From Parcubacteria group bacterium LiPW_41 (GTDB lineage: Bacteria > Patescibacteriota > Minisyncoccia > UBA6257 > GWB1-50-10), in NCBI GenBank assembly GCA_007375535.1, contig VMEM01000003.1, forward strand, positions 32,811 to 96,810: a DNA stretch of 64,000 bases. The letters are read 5' to 3'. Positions 29,154 through 38,758 of this stretch are shown here, piece after piece. The position numbers and the translations under genes are program-made. The notes below the pieces were generated by a model, which was not told the origin of the DNA, made no database searches, and was given only the letters and a program-made list of their open reading frames with translations. Within the stretch, counting starts at the first letter, position 1, and every line of letters starts with the position of its first letter.

Positions 29154-30053
29154 ATGAAAAATTTTAATTTAATTAAATATAAAAATTATTTCCTTGGTTT
29201 TTCTGGGATAATGATTGTTCTTTCCTTTATTCTTGTTGGTGTGTTGGGGCTCAAACAAGGAATAGATCTTCGAGGAGGAATGCAGTGGGAAATAAAATTT
29301 TCAGACACTGCAGCGAACGAGAACGCAATAAAGCAAGCACTTCGTTCGGTAAAACAGGAAGGAGAACAGTCAGTGAGGGGAGTTGGTGAGGGAACGTTCT
29401 TTATTCGATTACCAAATGCAACACAAGAAGAGTATGACGCATACAGAGTTGCTTTAAAAAATATTGGGGACTATACCGAATTAAATTTTTCAAACATTGG
29501 TCCAACCATTGGTGACGAACTTCGAAAGCGGGCGATTACTGCAATTCTTTTGGTGTTGTTGGGAATTTCTCTATACATTGCATATGCATTTAGAAAAGTT
29601 TCCAAACCAATTTCTTCTTGGAAATATGGATTTGCAACACTCATTTCATTGTTTCACGATGTTGTAATTCCTACAGGACTTTTAGCGATATTGGGTGCGT
29701 GGAAGGGGATTGAAATTGATACCAATTTTATTGTGGCACTTTTAGTTGTTATGGGTTTTTCAGTTCATGATACGATTGTGGTGTTTGATAGAATTCGCGA
29801 GAATCTCATTGTTCGTCGTGGAAAAGATGATTTTGCTGAGATAATAAACATAAGTGTTCGGGAAACGTTTGCTCGTTCAATTAATACAACGCTTACATTA
29901 ATTATTGTATTGGTTGCTCTTCTCATTTTTGGGCCATCATCGCTATTTTACTTTGTGCTTACTATTCTTGTGGGAACTATATTTGGAACATATTCCTCAA
30001 TCTTCCTTGCAAGTCCAATCCTTTATCTTTGGTCAAGAAAGAGCGCAAAATAA
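29154..30053 (+). CDS. secF: Protein translocase subunit SecF
   Basis: GIDL.GG, IGPTIG.EL, HDV, GFSVHDTIVVFDRIRE, GTYSSIF.A. Confidence 0.96.
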   Translation: MKNFNLIKYKNYFLGFSGIMIVLSFILVGVLGLKQGIDLRGGMQWEIKFSDTAANENAIKQALRSVKQEGEQSVRGVGEGTFFIRLPNATQEEYDAYRVALKNIGDYTELNFSNIGPTIGDELRKRAITAILLVLLGISLYIAYAFRKVSKPISSWKYGFATLISLFHDVVIPTGLLAILGAWKGIEIDTNFIVALLVVMGFSVHDTIVVFDRIRENLIVRRGKDDFAEIINISVRETFARSINTTLTLIIVLVALLIFGPSSLFYFVLTILVGTIFGTYSSIFLASPILYLWSRKSAK

Positions 30054-30056
30054 TCA

Positions 30057-30086
30057 AAAAAGAGCCCTTTTCAAGGCTCTTTTTTT
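30057..30086 (+). terminator. Terminator after secDF
   Basis: AAAAAGAGCC-cttttcaa-GGCTCTTTTTTT. Confidence 0.75.
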
Positions 30087-30226
30087 GTTGGAACGAGCAA
30101 AATATACCATATGGTCAGACTAAATCTCAAGGGTCCCCATATGGGGCGTTTCTTCTAGGGAGTGCTTGACTTGACACTTGGAATAGTGTATATTAACATA
30201 GTAAAACAAAACAATATTTACGCACT

Positions 30227-31237
30227 ATGGTCCAGAATATCGATCAATTTATAAATACTCTTTTCGAGGATTTTAACCCAAAACAAAAGAAAGTTGCTTT
30301 TGGCCGTTTTGGTTTAAAAAATGGGAAGCGTCTTACTCTTCAAGAAATTGGAGATGAACTTGGAATTACCCGAGAGCGCGTCCGTCAAATAGAGGAGCAG
30401 TTACTTTCAAAGCTTCGTGATCGAGTGCGTAAAGATGCGAAGGAGTTGATTGATATTGCAACAAAGCGTCTTGATTCAATGCATGGAGTTGAGTTGGATG
30501 AAACATTCATTTCCGCAATGAAAGAGAAGCTTCCTAGTACTGATGTGAAATATATAACAGAAAAACTTCGATTTGTTTTTCTTGCAGCAGGAATTCCACA
30601 GTACGCAAAAGAAGACGACACAATGAATGCGTATTGGTTTTCAACAAAAGAATCAAAAGAGAATTTTATTTCTTTTGTAAAACGAATGACACAGTTTTTC
30701 AAAGGGGGAGACCGCAACCAAATACTTCGTGAGAAATCATATCTCTCAGAATGCAAGGGATGCGAACATCTTCTTAAGATTCCTAAACATTTTGGCGTGA
30801 ACGTATTTGGAGATCTTGGACTTCGTGATTGGGCAGAAATTGAACCAAAGACAATTCGTGATAAGGCATATCTCGTGTTAAAGAAACATGGACAGCCACT
30901 TCACTTTGTTTCGGTGGCAAAGAATATCAATGAGTTCGGACTTGATAAAAAGAAAGCACACACACAGACCGTACACAATGAATTAATCAAAGATAATCGT
31001 TTTGTACTCGTCGGTCGTGGTATTTATGGTCTTAAGGAGCATGGATTTGAAACCGGAACTGTTCGTGAGGTAATTACTACATTGCTTAAGAAGCACGGAC
31101 CATTAACTTCAAACGAAGTAGTAACCTTGGTAAACAAACAGCGTTTTTTGAAAGAAAATACCATTTTGTTAAGTTTGCAGAATCGTAAATATTTTTCTCG
31201 AATTGAAAACGGAAAATATCACACCAAGCAGGCATAA
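30227..31237 (+). CDS. Sigma70 region-4 HTH protein with C-terminal winged-HTH (HARE-HTH/RNAP delta-like) domains
   Basis: RFGL....TLQEIG.E.GITRERVRQIE; D.AYLVL...G.PLHF; TVHNELIKD.RFVLVGRG.Y.L; no sigma region 2. Confidence 0.8.
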   Translation: MVQNIDQFINTLFEDFNPKQKKVAFGRFGLKNGKRLTLQEIGDELGITRERVRQIEEQLLSKLRDRVRKDAKELIDIATKRLDSMHGVELDETFISAMKEKLPSTDVKYITEKLRFVFLAAGIPQYAKEDDTMNAYWFSTKESKENFISFVKRMTQFFKGGDRNQILREKSYLSECKGCEHLLKIPKHFGVNVFGDLGLRDWAEIEPKTIRDKAYLVLKKHGQPLHFVSVAKNINEFGLDKKKAHTQTVHNELIKDNRFVLVGRGIYGLKEHGFETGTVREVITTLLKKHGPLTSNEVVTLVNKQRFLKENTILLSLQNRKYFSRIENGKYHTKQA

Positions 31238-31331
31238 TAGATAGGGATTAGGGTTTAGTGACTAGAAAAAATCCTCAGGTAATTGGGGATTTTTGTTTTA
31301 TAAAGATGCTCTTGATGCTACAATATAAGTA

Positions 31332-32720
31332 ATGTTGAATGAGGTTTCAGGACATTTTGGAGATACGTTAACAGAACTTTTAGGAAAGGCTGAAATTTGG
31401 ATATTTCTTGTTCTTGTTGGGGTTTCTATTGCCGTTCCTTTTATTGCTCCACAAGAAGTAGTAAATATTTTTATTCGTTTCCTTGAGCTTACGTGGCCAA
31501 TTTGGTTATTCTTTTTTCTTTTTGAGATAGCAAAACCGCTTTATCTATTTATCAAACAGGAACAGTTTAAAGAAAAAGAGATGGCGGGAGAAAAAAATGC
31601 TCTTCTCGAACTCAGAATCCCACGAGCTCTTGAGAAGGGTCCACAGGCAATGGAGCAGATTCTTTTAGCAATACATGGAATGACTGGATCTCCAGGTGAT
31701 TGGAATAAAATCTGGCTTGATGGAGAAACGATGCTTTGGTTTTCACTTGAAATGGTGAGTATCGGGGGAGAGGTACATTTTTATGTACGAATTCCTAAAA
31801 GAAGTAAGAATCTTGTTGAAGCGGTCATTTTATCAAGTTATTCAGATATTGAAGTCGTTGAGGTTCCAGATTATATTTCGATAATTCCAGAAACAACTGC
31901 TGATTTATATGCTGAAGAAAAAGATATTTGGGGGACTGAAATAAAACTTGCGAAGGATTCAATGTATCCAATTAGAACATATGCATCTTTTGGTACTTCA
32001 GAAGAAAATGCAACTGCACTTGATCCGGCATCATCGTTTCTTGAAATACTCGGCAAATTAAAGACGGGAGAATTTGCTGGGGTCCAAATTGTTATTCAAC
32101 CTGCAGCGAAAGACTGGGGAAAACAATGGGCTGAGGCGTTAGATAAATTAAGGACGCCAAAAGTTGTTGGAACAACTCAACTTACTGATCCAAAAGAAAC
32201 AACCGCAACGATTGATGCAGTTGCACGAAATCTTGCAAAGTCTGCGTTTAAAACGTTAATTCGGGTTATGTATGTTGGTCCAACTACAGTGTTTAAAGAT
32301 GGTTCTGGATTTGTGCGTGGTGGAATTACTGGTGCATTCAATCAATATAGCTCTCCAACATTGAATGCATTTAAAGCAAATGGAGCTGTTGGTACTAGTG
32401 TTGATAAGTGGAAGAAGCCATATATTTTAAATGATGTAAGACTTGAAATGAAAAAACAGAGAATGTTGTGGAATTATCGAAAAAGAAAACTTGCGCCACA
32501 GTCATTTGTTGAAAAGTTTTTCACGTCATTTTCAACAAATGGAAATAATTCTGAGAGTTTTGAGCTCGCACTTGATGGGGTAGCAACAATCTTCCATTTG
32601 CCAACTTCTGTTGTTCTCACCACTCCACACATGCGAAGAGTTGAAAGTAAGAAATCTGGTCCTCCTGTTGGACTTGCAATATTTGGTGAAGAGTCGCAAT
32701 TGGAAAAATTTGGAGGGTGA
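31332..32720 (+). CDS. Conserved CPR membrane protein associated with the VirD4/TraG-like ATPase
   Basis: Two N-terminal TM helices; LE.RIP....K.P.AMEQ, WFSLE, Y.D.E..EV.DY, YPI.TY, ATI.HLP. Confidence 0.7.
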   Translation: MLNEVSGHFGDTLTELLGKAEIWIFLVLVGVSIAVPFIAPQEVVNIFIRFLELTWPIWLFFFLFEIAKPLYLFIKQEQFKEKEMAGEKNALLELRIPRALEKGPQAMEQILLAIHGMTGSPGDWNKIWLDGETMLWFSLEMVSIGGEVHFYVRIPKRSKNLVEAVILSSYSDIEVVEVPDYISIIPETTADLYAEEKDIWGTEIKLAKDSMYPIRTYASFGTSEENATALDPASSFLEILGKLKTGEFAGVQIVIQPAAKDWGKQWAEALDKLRTPKVVGTTQLTDPKETTATIDAVARNLAKSAFKTLIRVMYVGPTTVFKDGSGFVRGGITGAFNQYSSPTLNAFKANGAVGTSVDKWKKPYILNDVRLEMKKQRMLWNYRKRKLAPQSFVEKFFTSFSTNGNNSESFELALDGVATIFHLPTSVVLTTPHMRRVESKKSGPPVGLAIFGEESQLEKFGG

Positions 32721-32731
32721 CATTCTAGTTT

Positions 32732-33283
32732 ATGAATATTGATCGAATTATATATGGAACTTGGGACTCTATTGTAGCTTTTTTCTCGCTTCCGTGGGAT
32801 ATGTATTTTACTGTTTTGCGTAATATTTTTGTTATTATTGATGTTGCGCTTGTTGTTCTTATAGTTTCCCTTTTTGTAAAAGCAAGAACATTTGCCCCTC
32901 CACTTTCAAAGAAGTTCTCACAACCTTCTCTTGTGGGTCTTTTGAAGAGAAAGGGTTTAATTCAAAAGTATGTTTCGATGTGGGAAAAGATTGTTGAAGA
33001 TTCTGAAAGCGCTCCGCCACATTCGTATACAACTGCGATTGTGAATGCTGATATTTTAATCGATGAATTATTAAAAGATGCGGGATTTGAAGGAAAGGAT
33101 ATGGGAGAGCGCTTGGGAAAACTTAATGGACTTCGAATCAAATCTCTTGATGGAGTTTGGAGTGGGCACCGTTTGAGAAATAAAATTGTTCACACATCTG
33201 GATTTGAGGCTTCAAAAAAGGCAAAAGATGAAGCACTTAAGGTGTATGAGGAATTTTTGAAGGAGGTAAAAATACTCTCATAA
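32732..33283 (+). CDS. Hypothetical membrane protein (CPR-conserved)
   Basis: TM helix; W..I, AI..AD...D..L...G..G..MGERL, W..H..RN.I.H. Confidence 0.7.
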   Translation: MNIDRIIYGTWDSIVAFFSLPWDMYFTVLRNIFVIIDVALVVLIVSLFVKARTFAPPLSKKFSQPSLVGLLKRKGLIQKYVSMWEKIVEDSESAPPHSYTTAIVNADILIDELLKDAGFEGKDMGERLGKLNGLRIKSLDGVWSGHRLRNKIVHTSGFEASKKAKDEALKVYEEFLKEVKILS

Positions 33284-34626
33284 TGACAAAAGAAGGGAAG
33301 ATACAACTTATAAAATATGCTCCGCCACCGCCGGAGCTTCCAATGCTTGGAAAGGTGCAATCAAGTGACGTTTCTTTTATTGGAAGGACAAACTATGTTG
33401 CTGGACTCGAAGAGAAGCGATTTGTTTTTGGTATAAAGAGAATTGATAGAAAAAGACACATATATACCATAGGGAAGAGTGGTGTTGGAAAATCAAAGTT
33501 TTTAGAATTACTCATACGACAAGACATCGCACACAAAAAAGGGGTATGCGTTATTGATCCTCATGGTGACATAACTAGTAATATTTTAGATTGTATTCCA
33601 GAAGACAGAGTTCGCGATGTGTGTATAATTGATCCATCGGATGCTGAGTTTCCTGTATCATTCAATCCATTTTCAAATATTGATCCTATGTTCAGGCATC
33701 AACTTGCTCAAGGATTTATTGAGATAATGAAGAAACAATTTGATGTTAATTGGACCCCTCGAATTGAGCACGTTTTTCGCTTTTCTATTCTTGCACTTCT
33801 TGATTATCCTGATGTCGCAATGATGGGTATGGTCTCCATTCTTACTGATAGCGAATACCGATCTCTGGTGATTCCACATATTAAAGATGCAATGGTAAAA
33901 AAGTTTTGGAGTGTTGAGTTTCCTGAGTATTCAGAAAAGTATGAAAATGAAGCAATTATTCCTTTGGTAAATAAATTAAGTCAATTTCTTTCAAATCCTT
34001 TATTGCATAATATTTTTACACAAAAAGAAAATAAAATTGATTTTGAGGCACTAATGAATGGAGAAAAAATAATTCTCATTAATCTTTCGAAGGGAAAACT
34101 TGGAGAAGAGAATGCGAATTTTTTGGGTTCTATTTTTATTGCAAAAATAAAACAAGCGGGGATGATGCGTGCGGCAATACCAGAGTGGGCCCGAAAGGAT
34201 TTTTATGTTTATATTGATGAATTTCAAAATTTAGTTACTGAAACATTTGAAAATCTTCTTTCTGAGTCAAGAAAATATGGAATTTGTCTTGCTATTTCTC
34301 ATCAATATATGGGGCAACTTTCTAATAAAATGCAGGCAGCCATTATTGGTAGTGTCGGATCGATAGTTATATTTCGTGTTGGGGGAGAGGATGCTGAGCG
34401 ACTTGAGGTTGAAATGACTCCGATATTTAAAGCGAAGGATATGATCAATTTGGGTGTTCAGGAATTTTACATAAAAATGACAATTGATGGCGAAACTCAT
34501 GATCCATTTTCTGCCGATACATTGAAGGTTCTCCCGTTTCCTGGTTCATCGTTTCGAGAATTAATTACAGCTACATCTCGAGAACATTTTGCGATAACGC
34601 GCGCTGAAGCAGAGATGGTGATATAA
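33283..34626 (+). CDS. VirD4/TraG/HerA-like P-loop ATPase (type IV coupling protein-like)
   Basis: DR.RH.Y.IGKSGVGKS (Walker A), IDPHGD, YIDEFQN (Walker B), SESRKY..L...HQY..QL, FRVG..DA. Confidence 0.88.
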   Translation: MTKEGKIQLIKYAPPPPELPMLGKVQSSDVSFIGRTNYVAGLEEKRFVFGIKRIDRKRHIYTIGKSGVGKSKFLELLIRQDIAHKKGVCVIDPHGDITSNILDCIPEDRVRDVCIIDPSDAEFPVSFNPFSNIDPMFRHQLAQGFIEIMKKQFDVNWTPRIEHVFRFSILALLDYPDVAMMGMVSILTDSEYRSLVIPHIKDAMVKKFWSVEFPEYSEKYENEAIIPLVNKLSQFLSNPLLHNIFTQKENKIDFEALMNGEKIILINLSKGKLGEENANFLGSIFIAKIKQAGMMRAAIPEWARKDFYVYIDEFQNLVTETFENLLSESRKYGICLAISHQYMGQLSNKMQAAIIGSVGSIVIFRVGGEDAERLEVEMTPIFKAKDMINLGVQEFYIKMTIDGETHDPFSADTLKVLPFPGSSFRELITATSREHFAITRAEAEMVI

Positions 34627-35738
34627 TGGTTGTAATGAAGGTATCGCGCGTTATAAAAAAAATTGTGCAGAGAGGGAGAGAGCGCGTGTTACTCGTTGAA
34701 GAAACTGAACGAGGATATTTGGGAAGTGAATTAAATGTTCGAGGAGAGGATCTTGTAATAAAGAAGCAAAAGAAAATAAAAACGCTTACCGATATATCAA
34801 AGTCAATTGTACCTGAATTGATGTATGATCGTATTATTCTTGCGCTTCGAGCAGAGAATGTTGCAACAATTGAAAGTTCTGTTTCGGTATTTCGTGTACA
34901 TCAAGATGAACTTATTGATGATGGAGAATTAGATAGTTTGTTGTTTCATGCTCTCTGGAGTTTTCTCAATAAATTTAGACCTCTCGCGGCAAAGAAGCTC
35001 AACGCATCAGAGCTTGATCTTGTGATTGCAAATATTGCTGTGTTTGGAGTGAAGCTTCAAGGACACAATGTGTTTAATCCACTGGGTTTTTCTGGGAAAG
35101 AGATTGAATTTTCTTTTCGTGTATCATTCATCTCTCGTTCTTTACTCCCTATACTCGAACGAATTGCGAGGCGTTCAGAGTCTGGTCCGATTGTTACGGA
35201 GCGTGGAGCAATTCTTGCAAGTATGATTTCAAGACCAGGTATCCTTTTTGATGTAGATAAAACAAAGACACTTTGGTACGAAATTGGAGATGAGTGTGGA
35301 TTTAGGGGTTCTATTGATTGGGGATATTCGAATATTTACACCTCATTAGGAGAGGTATTTGGTGTTTCTTCAGAATATATATACGAACTTCTTCCTCGTT
35401 TTTCTTCTCATAGAATATCCTTGAGGGTAAAAGGAATTGTTGAGAAAATAATTAGAGATGAATATAAGCAATTTAAAGAATTTGCAGACACATCATTAAA
35501 AGCAGAACACCACGAATCGCTTCGGGGTGAGGGAAGAATAATACACTTTGAAGATGAAAATATCGCATCGGTTTTTTCATCTGACGAGCGATATAAGATA
35601 TCTGATAAATCATTTTTCCTTGGGCAAAAAACATCTTTGGCGCTTGCATCGTTTCCTTTTGTACATCCACAATATGAATATTTAAATCAGCTTTTGCGAC
35701 GAAGGGCAAAATGGCTCGTCCCATTAAATAGTGAATAA
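34626..35738 (+). CDS. Hypothetical protein, possibly a degenerate FtsA/actin-like fold
   Basis: Position before the baseplate-J-like gene; weak similarity (DVD...T, WG...I...L...FGV); no intact phosphate-loop motif. Confidence 0.45.
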   Translation: MVVMKVSRVIKKIVQRGRERVLLVEETERGYLGSELNVRGEDLVIKKQKKIKTLTDISKSIVPELMYDRIILALRAENVATIESSVSVFRVHQDELIDDGELDSLLFHALWSFLNKFRPLAAKKLNASELDLVIANIAVFGVKLQGHNVFNPLGFSGKEIEFSFRVSFISRSLLPILERIARRSESGPIVTERGAILASMISRPGILFDVDKTKTLWYEIGDECGFRGSIDWGYSNIYTSLGEVFGVSSEYIYELLPRFSSHRISLRVKGIVEKIIRDEYKQFKEFADTSLKAEHHESLRGEGRIIHFEDENIASVFSSDERYKISDKSFFLGQKTSLALASFPFVHPQYEYLNQLLRRRAKWLVPLNSE

Positions 35739-35780
35739 CGCGTTTCTGTGTTTTTGTTTATGTTAAGATGAAATAGAACA

Positions 35781-37403
35781 ATGGAAAAAAAGATATTTCT
35801 TGAAAAAAATGATGGGTTAGAAGTTGCTGTTGAAAGTCTTATTGAAACAAAATCTGACACTGTTATTTTGAATGTTCCAAAAGATTCAGTTTTAGGAAGA
35901 TCGGTAAATAATTTTCATGTATTAAAGCGAGAGGGGAATACTGCAGGAAAGGCTCTCATGATTGAGTCGGTTGATGATCATATTCTTGAACTTGCATCTC
36001 TTGCAACAATTACTGCAATTAATCCTGTGTTTAAAAAAACAGAGCGGGCGGTTTCTGATATTATTCCTCGTGCCGCAGTAATTTTAAAAAAAAGTACATT
36101 TGGTTTAGAAAAAAAAGAGACACAGACAAAGGAAGAGGTGACAAAAGAAAAAGAAGAGTCGGAAGTTCCACCATCTTCAAGGACTCCAGCGGTCACATTT
36201 TATACGCAGCCGAAGTTATCAGAAAAAGCCAATTCCAATTTTTCGGTAGAGAAGAAGGTTATTAATAAGACGATGTTTATAATTGGAGGATTGGTTTCTA
36301 TTGGTGTTTTTTTGTTCATCTATTTAGGTTGGTTTGTTCTTCCAAAAGCTTCAATTGTGATCACCATGAGGCAAAAAGCAGTCCAATTTGATGAGACTGT
36401 ATTGGTGTCGCAGAATTATGCAAAAACTGAGGTCACGGACTCAAAAATTCTTTTAAGGGGGCAATTAGTTTCCTCGAATGGGAATATTTCTTTGCCGGTT
36501 TCTGGGGTAAAACAAGCAGAGGGAGGCGCAACAAATGCAAGGGGAATAATTAAGGTGTTTAATGCTTATGGAACAACACCTCAAAAATTAGTAGCAACAA
36601 CAAGATTTCAGGCGCCTGATGGAAAAATATTTAGAACACAATCTGACATAGTGGTACCTGGTGGAATCATGGTTAAAGGGGTGTTAAAACCAGGGAGTAT
36701 AAATGTTGATGTTGTTGCAAGTGAAGCAGGAGATTCATATAATCTTCCTCCGATTGAAAAGTGGGTAATTCCTGGATTTAAAGGAACTCCACGATACGAA
36801 AAATTTTATGGTACCTCTGAATCTGCTATGGAGGGGGGAGGAAGTGGTGTGACAATTGCTGTATCATCATCAACTGAGGGTGAAACTGAAGAAACGGTAA
36901 TTGAGAAATTGAGAATCTCTCTTGAGGAAAAAAAGAAAATTGTTAATACGGTTGGATTGAAGGTTCCTGAGGGCGCGGTGTCTTTTGTGGTGACAAAAAA
37001 AGATTTACAGTATTCTTCTTCGTCTGATTCGTTGTTATACGTTGAAGGAACACTTAGAGAAATTGGGTTTAGCGAAGAAGATCTGAAATCCGCAATTTTT
37101 GAACAAACAAAAGAAGAGGCTGGCGAGAAAATGAGGATGCGTGTAGTAAATATATCGTATGGAACATCAACTCCTGATTTTTCTGCTGGGTCACTTTCAA
37201 TGAAAATAAAAGGGTCTATTATTTTTGAGGAAGATATTGAAGTTGATTCTCTAAAACCTTTAATCTTAGGAAAAAAGACCGATGAGGTTCGTTCATATAT
37301 TTTGTCTCTTCCGTGGGTCGAATCGGCAAAGATATCATTCAGATTTCCTTGGCTTTCTAGAATCCCAACGAATCCTGAAAAAGTAGAGTTAAAACTTGAG
37401 TAA
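35781..37403 (+). CDS. Membrane-anchored baseplate J/gp47-like domain protein
   Basis: Central TM helix; LPKA.I.I, ARG.I.VFN, Q.LVATTRF..PDGK.FR, V.V.A.E.G..YN, IPGF.G. Confidence 0.7.
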   Translation: MEKKIFLEKNDGLEVAVESLIETKSDTVILNVPKDSVLGRSVNNFHVLKREGNTAGKALMIESVDDHILELASLATITAINPVFKKTERAVSDIIPRAAVILKKSTFGLEKKETQTKEEVTKEKEESEVPPSSRTPAVTFYTQPKLSEKANSNFSVEKKVINKTMFIIGGLVSIGVFLFIYLGWFVLPKASIVITMRQKAVQFDETVLVSQNYAKTEVTDSKILLRGQLVSSNGNISLPVSGVKQAEGGATNARGIIKVFNAYGTTPQKLVATTRFQAPDGKIFRTQSDIVVPGGIMVKGVLKPGSINVDVVASEAGDSYNLPPIEKWVIPGFKGTPRYEKFYGTSESAMEGGGSGVTIAVSSSTEGETEETVIEKLRISLEEKKKIVNTVGLKVPEGAVSFVVTKKDLQYSSSSDSLLYVEGTLREIGFSEEDLKSAIFEQTKEEAGEKMRMRVVNISYGTSTPDFSAGSLSMKIKGSIIFEEDIEVDSLKPLILGKKTDEVRSYILSLPWVESAKISFRFPWLSRIPTNPEKVELKLE

Positions 37404-37418
37404 TTTCTAGTCGAGTGC

Positions 37419-37447
37419 TTGACTCTTTTTGTTTTTCTTCATATAAT
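37419..37447 (+). promoter_or_regulatory. Sigma70 promoter of the infA-alpha operon
   Basis: TTGACT-17 nt-TATAAT. Confidence 0.8.
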
Positions 37448-37469
37448 TGAAACCGTATTACAAATTCAC

Positions 37470-37691
37470 ATGGATTCTGAATCAAGAGTAGTGAAGCGAG
37501 ATGGAATCGTGGAAGAGGCTCTTCCCGGTTTGCTTTTCCGCGTACGAATTGAAGGTTTGGAGGAGAATGTCCTTGCCCATTTGGGTGGGAAGCTCAAAAT
37601 CCATAGAATTAGGGTAATCCCGGGGGATCGGGTGACGGTCGAGATGACCACATACGACAACCGAAGGGGGAGGATTATCAGAAGGTTGTAA
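37470..37691 (+). CDS. infA: Translation initiation factor IF-1
   Basis: G.V.EALP...FRV, LAHL.GK, I...PGDRV.VE...YD..RGRI. Confidence 0.96.
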   Translation: MDSESRVVKRDGIVEEALPGLLFRVRIEGLEENVLAHLGGKLKIHRIRVIPGDRVTVEMTTYDNRRGRIIRRL

Positions 37692-37766
37692 TTTTTCAAG
37701 TATTCCTGTATGCTTGAGAAACACTCCTTGAGAGTCGTTTTTTAATGTCTTAACACAACGTTATTT

Positions 37767-37880
37767 ATGAAAGTACGCGCATCAGTACGAAAAATTTGTT
37801 TGAAATGCAAGACCGTTCGCAGAAAGGGGCGTGTGTATGTTATTTGTGAAAATAAAAAGCACAAACAACGCCAAGGATAA
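37767..37880 (+). CDS. rpmJ: 50S ribosomal protein L36 (absent from the ORF track)
   Basis: Hand translation [37 protein letters not shown]. Confidence 0.96.
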   Translation: MKVRASVRKICLKCKTVRRKGRVYVICENKKHKQRQG

Positions 37881-37905
37881 GCGGACATTTTTAATACTAA
37901 ACATT

Positions 37906-38289
37906 ATGAGAATAATTGGTGTAAATATCCCTGATAACAAAACCGTTGAATATGCTTTGCCATACGTTTATGGCATTGGAAAGAAAACTGCCCTTGATAT
38001 TTTGAAAGAGGCAGGCGTTGATTTAAAGAAAAAAGCAAAAGATCTTACTCCTGAGGATATAAGTAAAATTCAAGGAGTGCTTGAAAAGAGTTTTAAAGTT
38101 GAAGGAGAACTTCGCCAAATTATTCGTCAAAATATCGGACGAATGAAAGAAATAAAAGCGTATCGTGGACTTCGACATGCACGACGCCTTCCTGTTCGTG
38201 GTCAGAGAACAAAAACGAATTCAAGAACTGTTCGTGGAAACGTTCGAAAGACTGCAGGAAGCGGAAAGAGAAAAACTGAACTCAAATAA
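37906..38289 (+). CDS. rpsM: 30S ribosomal protein S13
   Basis: MRIIGVNIP, YGIG, YRGLRH...LPVRGQRTKTNSRT. Confidence 0.97.
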   Translation: MRIIGVNIPDNKTVEYALPYVYGIGKKTALDILKEAGVDLKKKAKDLTPEDISKIQGVLEKSFKVEGELRQIIRQNIGRMKEIKAYRGLRHARRLPVRGQRTKTNSRTVRGNVRKTAGSGKRKTELK

Positions 38290-38302
38290 TAAATAAATTA
38301 TC

Positions 38303-38752
38303 ATGGGAAAGAAAAAAGTAGCAGCAAAAAGCAAGGAAGAACTTATAAAAGAATCAGAGAGCGTTGAGCAGGCAGTTGCCTCAGCAAAGCAATCTGGTAA
38401 GCTTCGCATTGAAAAAGGATGCGTGTATATTCAAGCATCTTCAAACAACACAATAATGACTGTTACTGACGAGAAAGGAAATACGATTGCGTGGCTTTCT
38501 GCTGGTTCTGTTGGTTTTACTGGACCAAAGAAGGCGACTCCATTTGCGGCATCAAAGGTTTCTGAAGCAATTGCAGAGAAGGTAAAGCGTTCCGGGCCAA
38601 TCAAAGTTGATGTGTTTGTGCGTGGTATTGGAAAGGGAAGAGATTCTGCGGTTCGTACTCTTGCAACAAAAGGATTTGAAATTATGTCGATCAAAGATGT
38701 GACGCCGGTTCCACACAATGGCCCACGTCCAAGAAAAGTACGAAGAATATAA
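38303..38752 (+). CDS. rpsK: 30S ribosomal protein S11
   Basis: NNTI.T.TD, GF.G.KKATPFAA, DVTPVPHNG.RP. Confidence 0.97.
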   Translation: MGKKKVAAKSKEELIKESESVEQAVASAKQSGKLRIEKGCVYIQASSNNTIMTVTDEKGNTIAWLSAGSVGFTGPKKATPFAASKVSEAIAEKVKRSGPIKVDVFVRGIGKGRDSAVRTLATKGFEIMSIKDVTPVPHNGPRPRKVRRI

Positions 38753-38758
38753 TTAATT

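Noticed and set aside
33283-37403. Conjugative element or prophage suggested by the VirD4-like and baseplate-J-like genes
   Set aside because: No relaxase, integrase, VirB or phage structural genes; embedded among housekeeping genes
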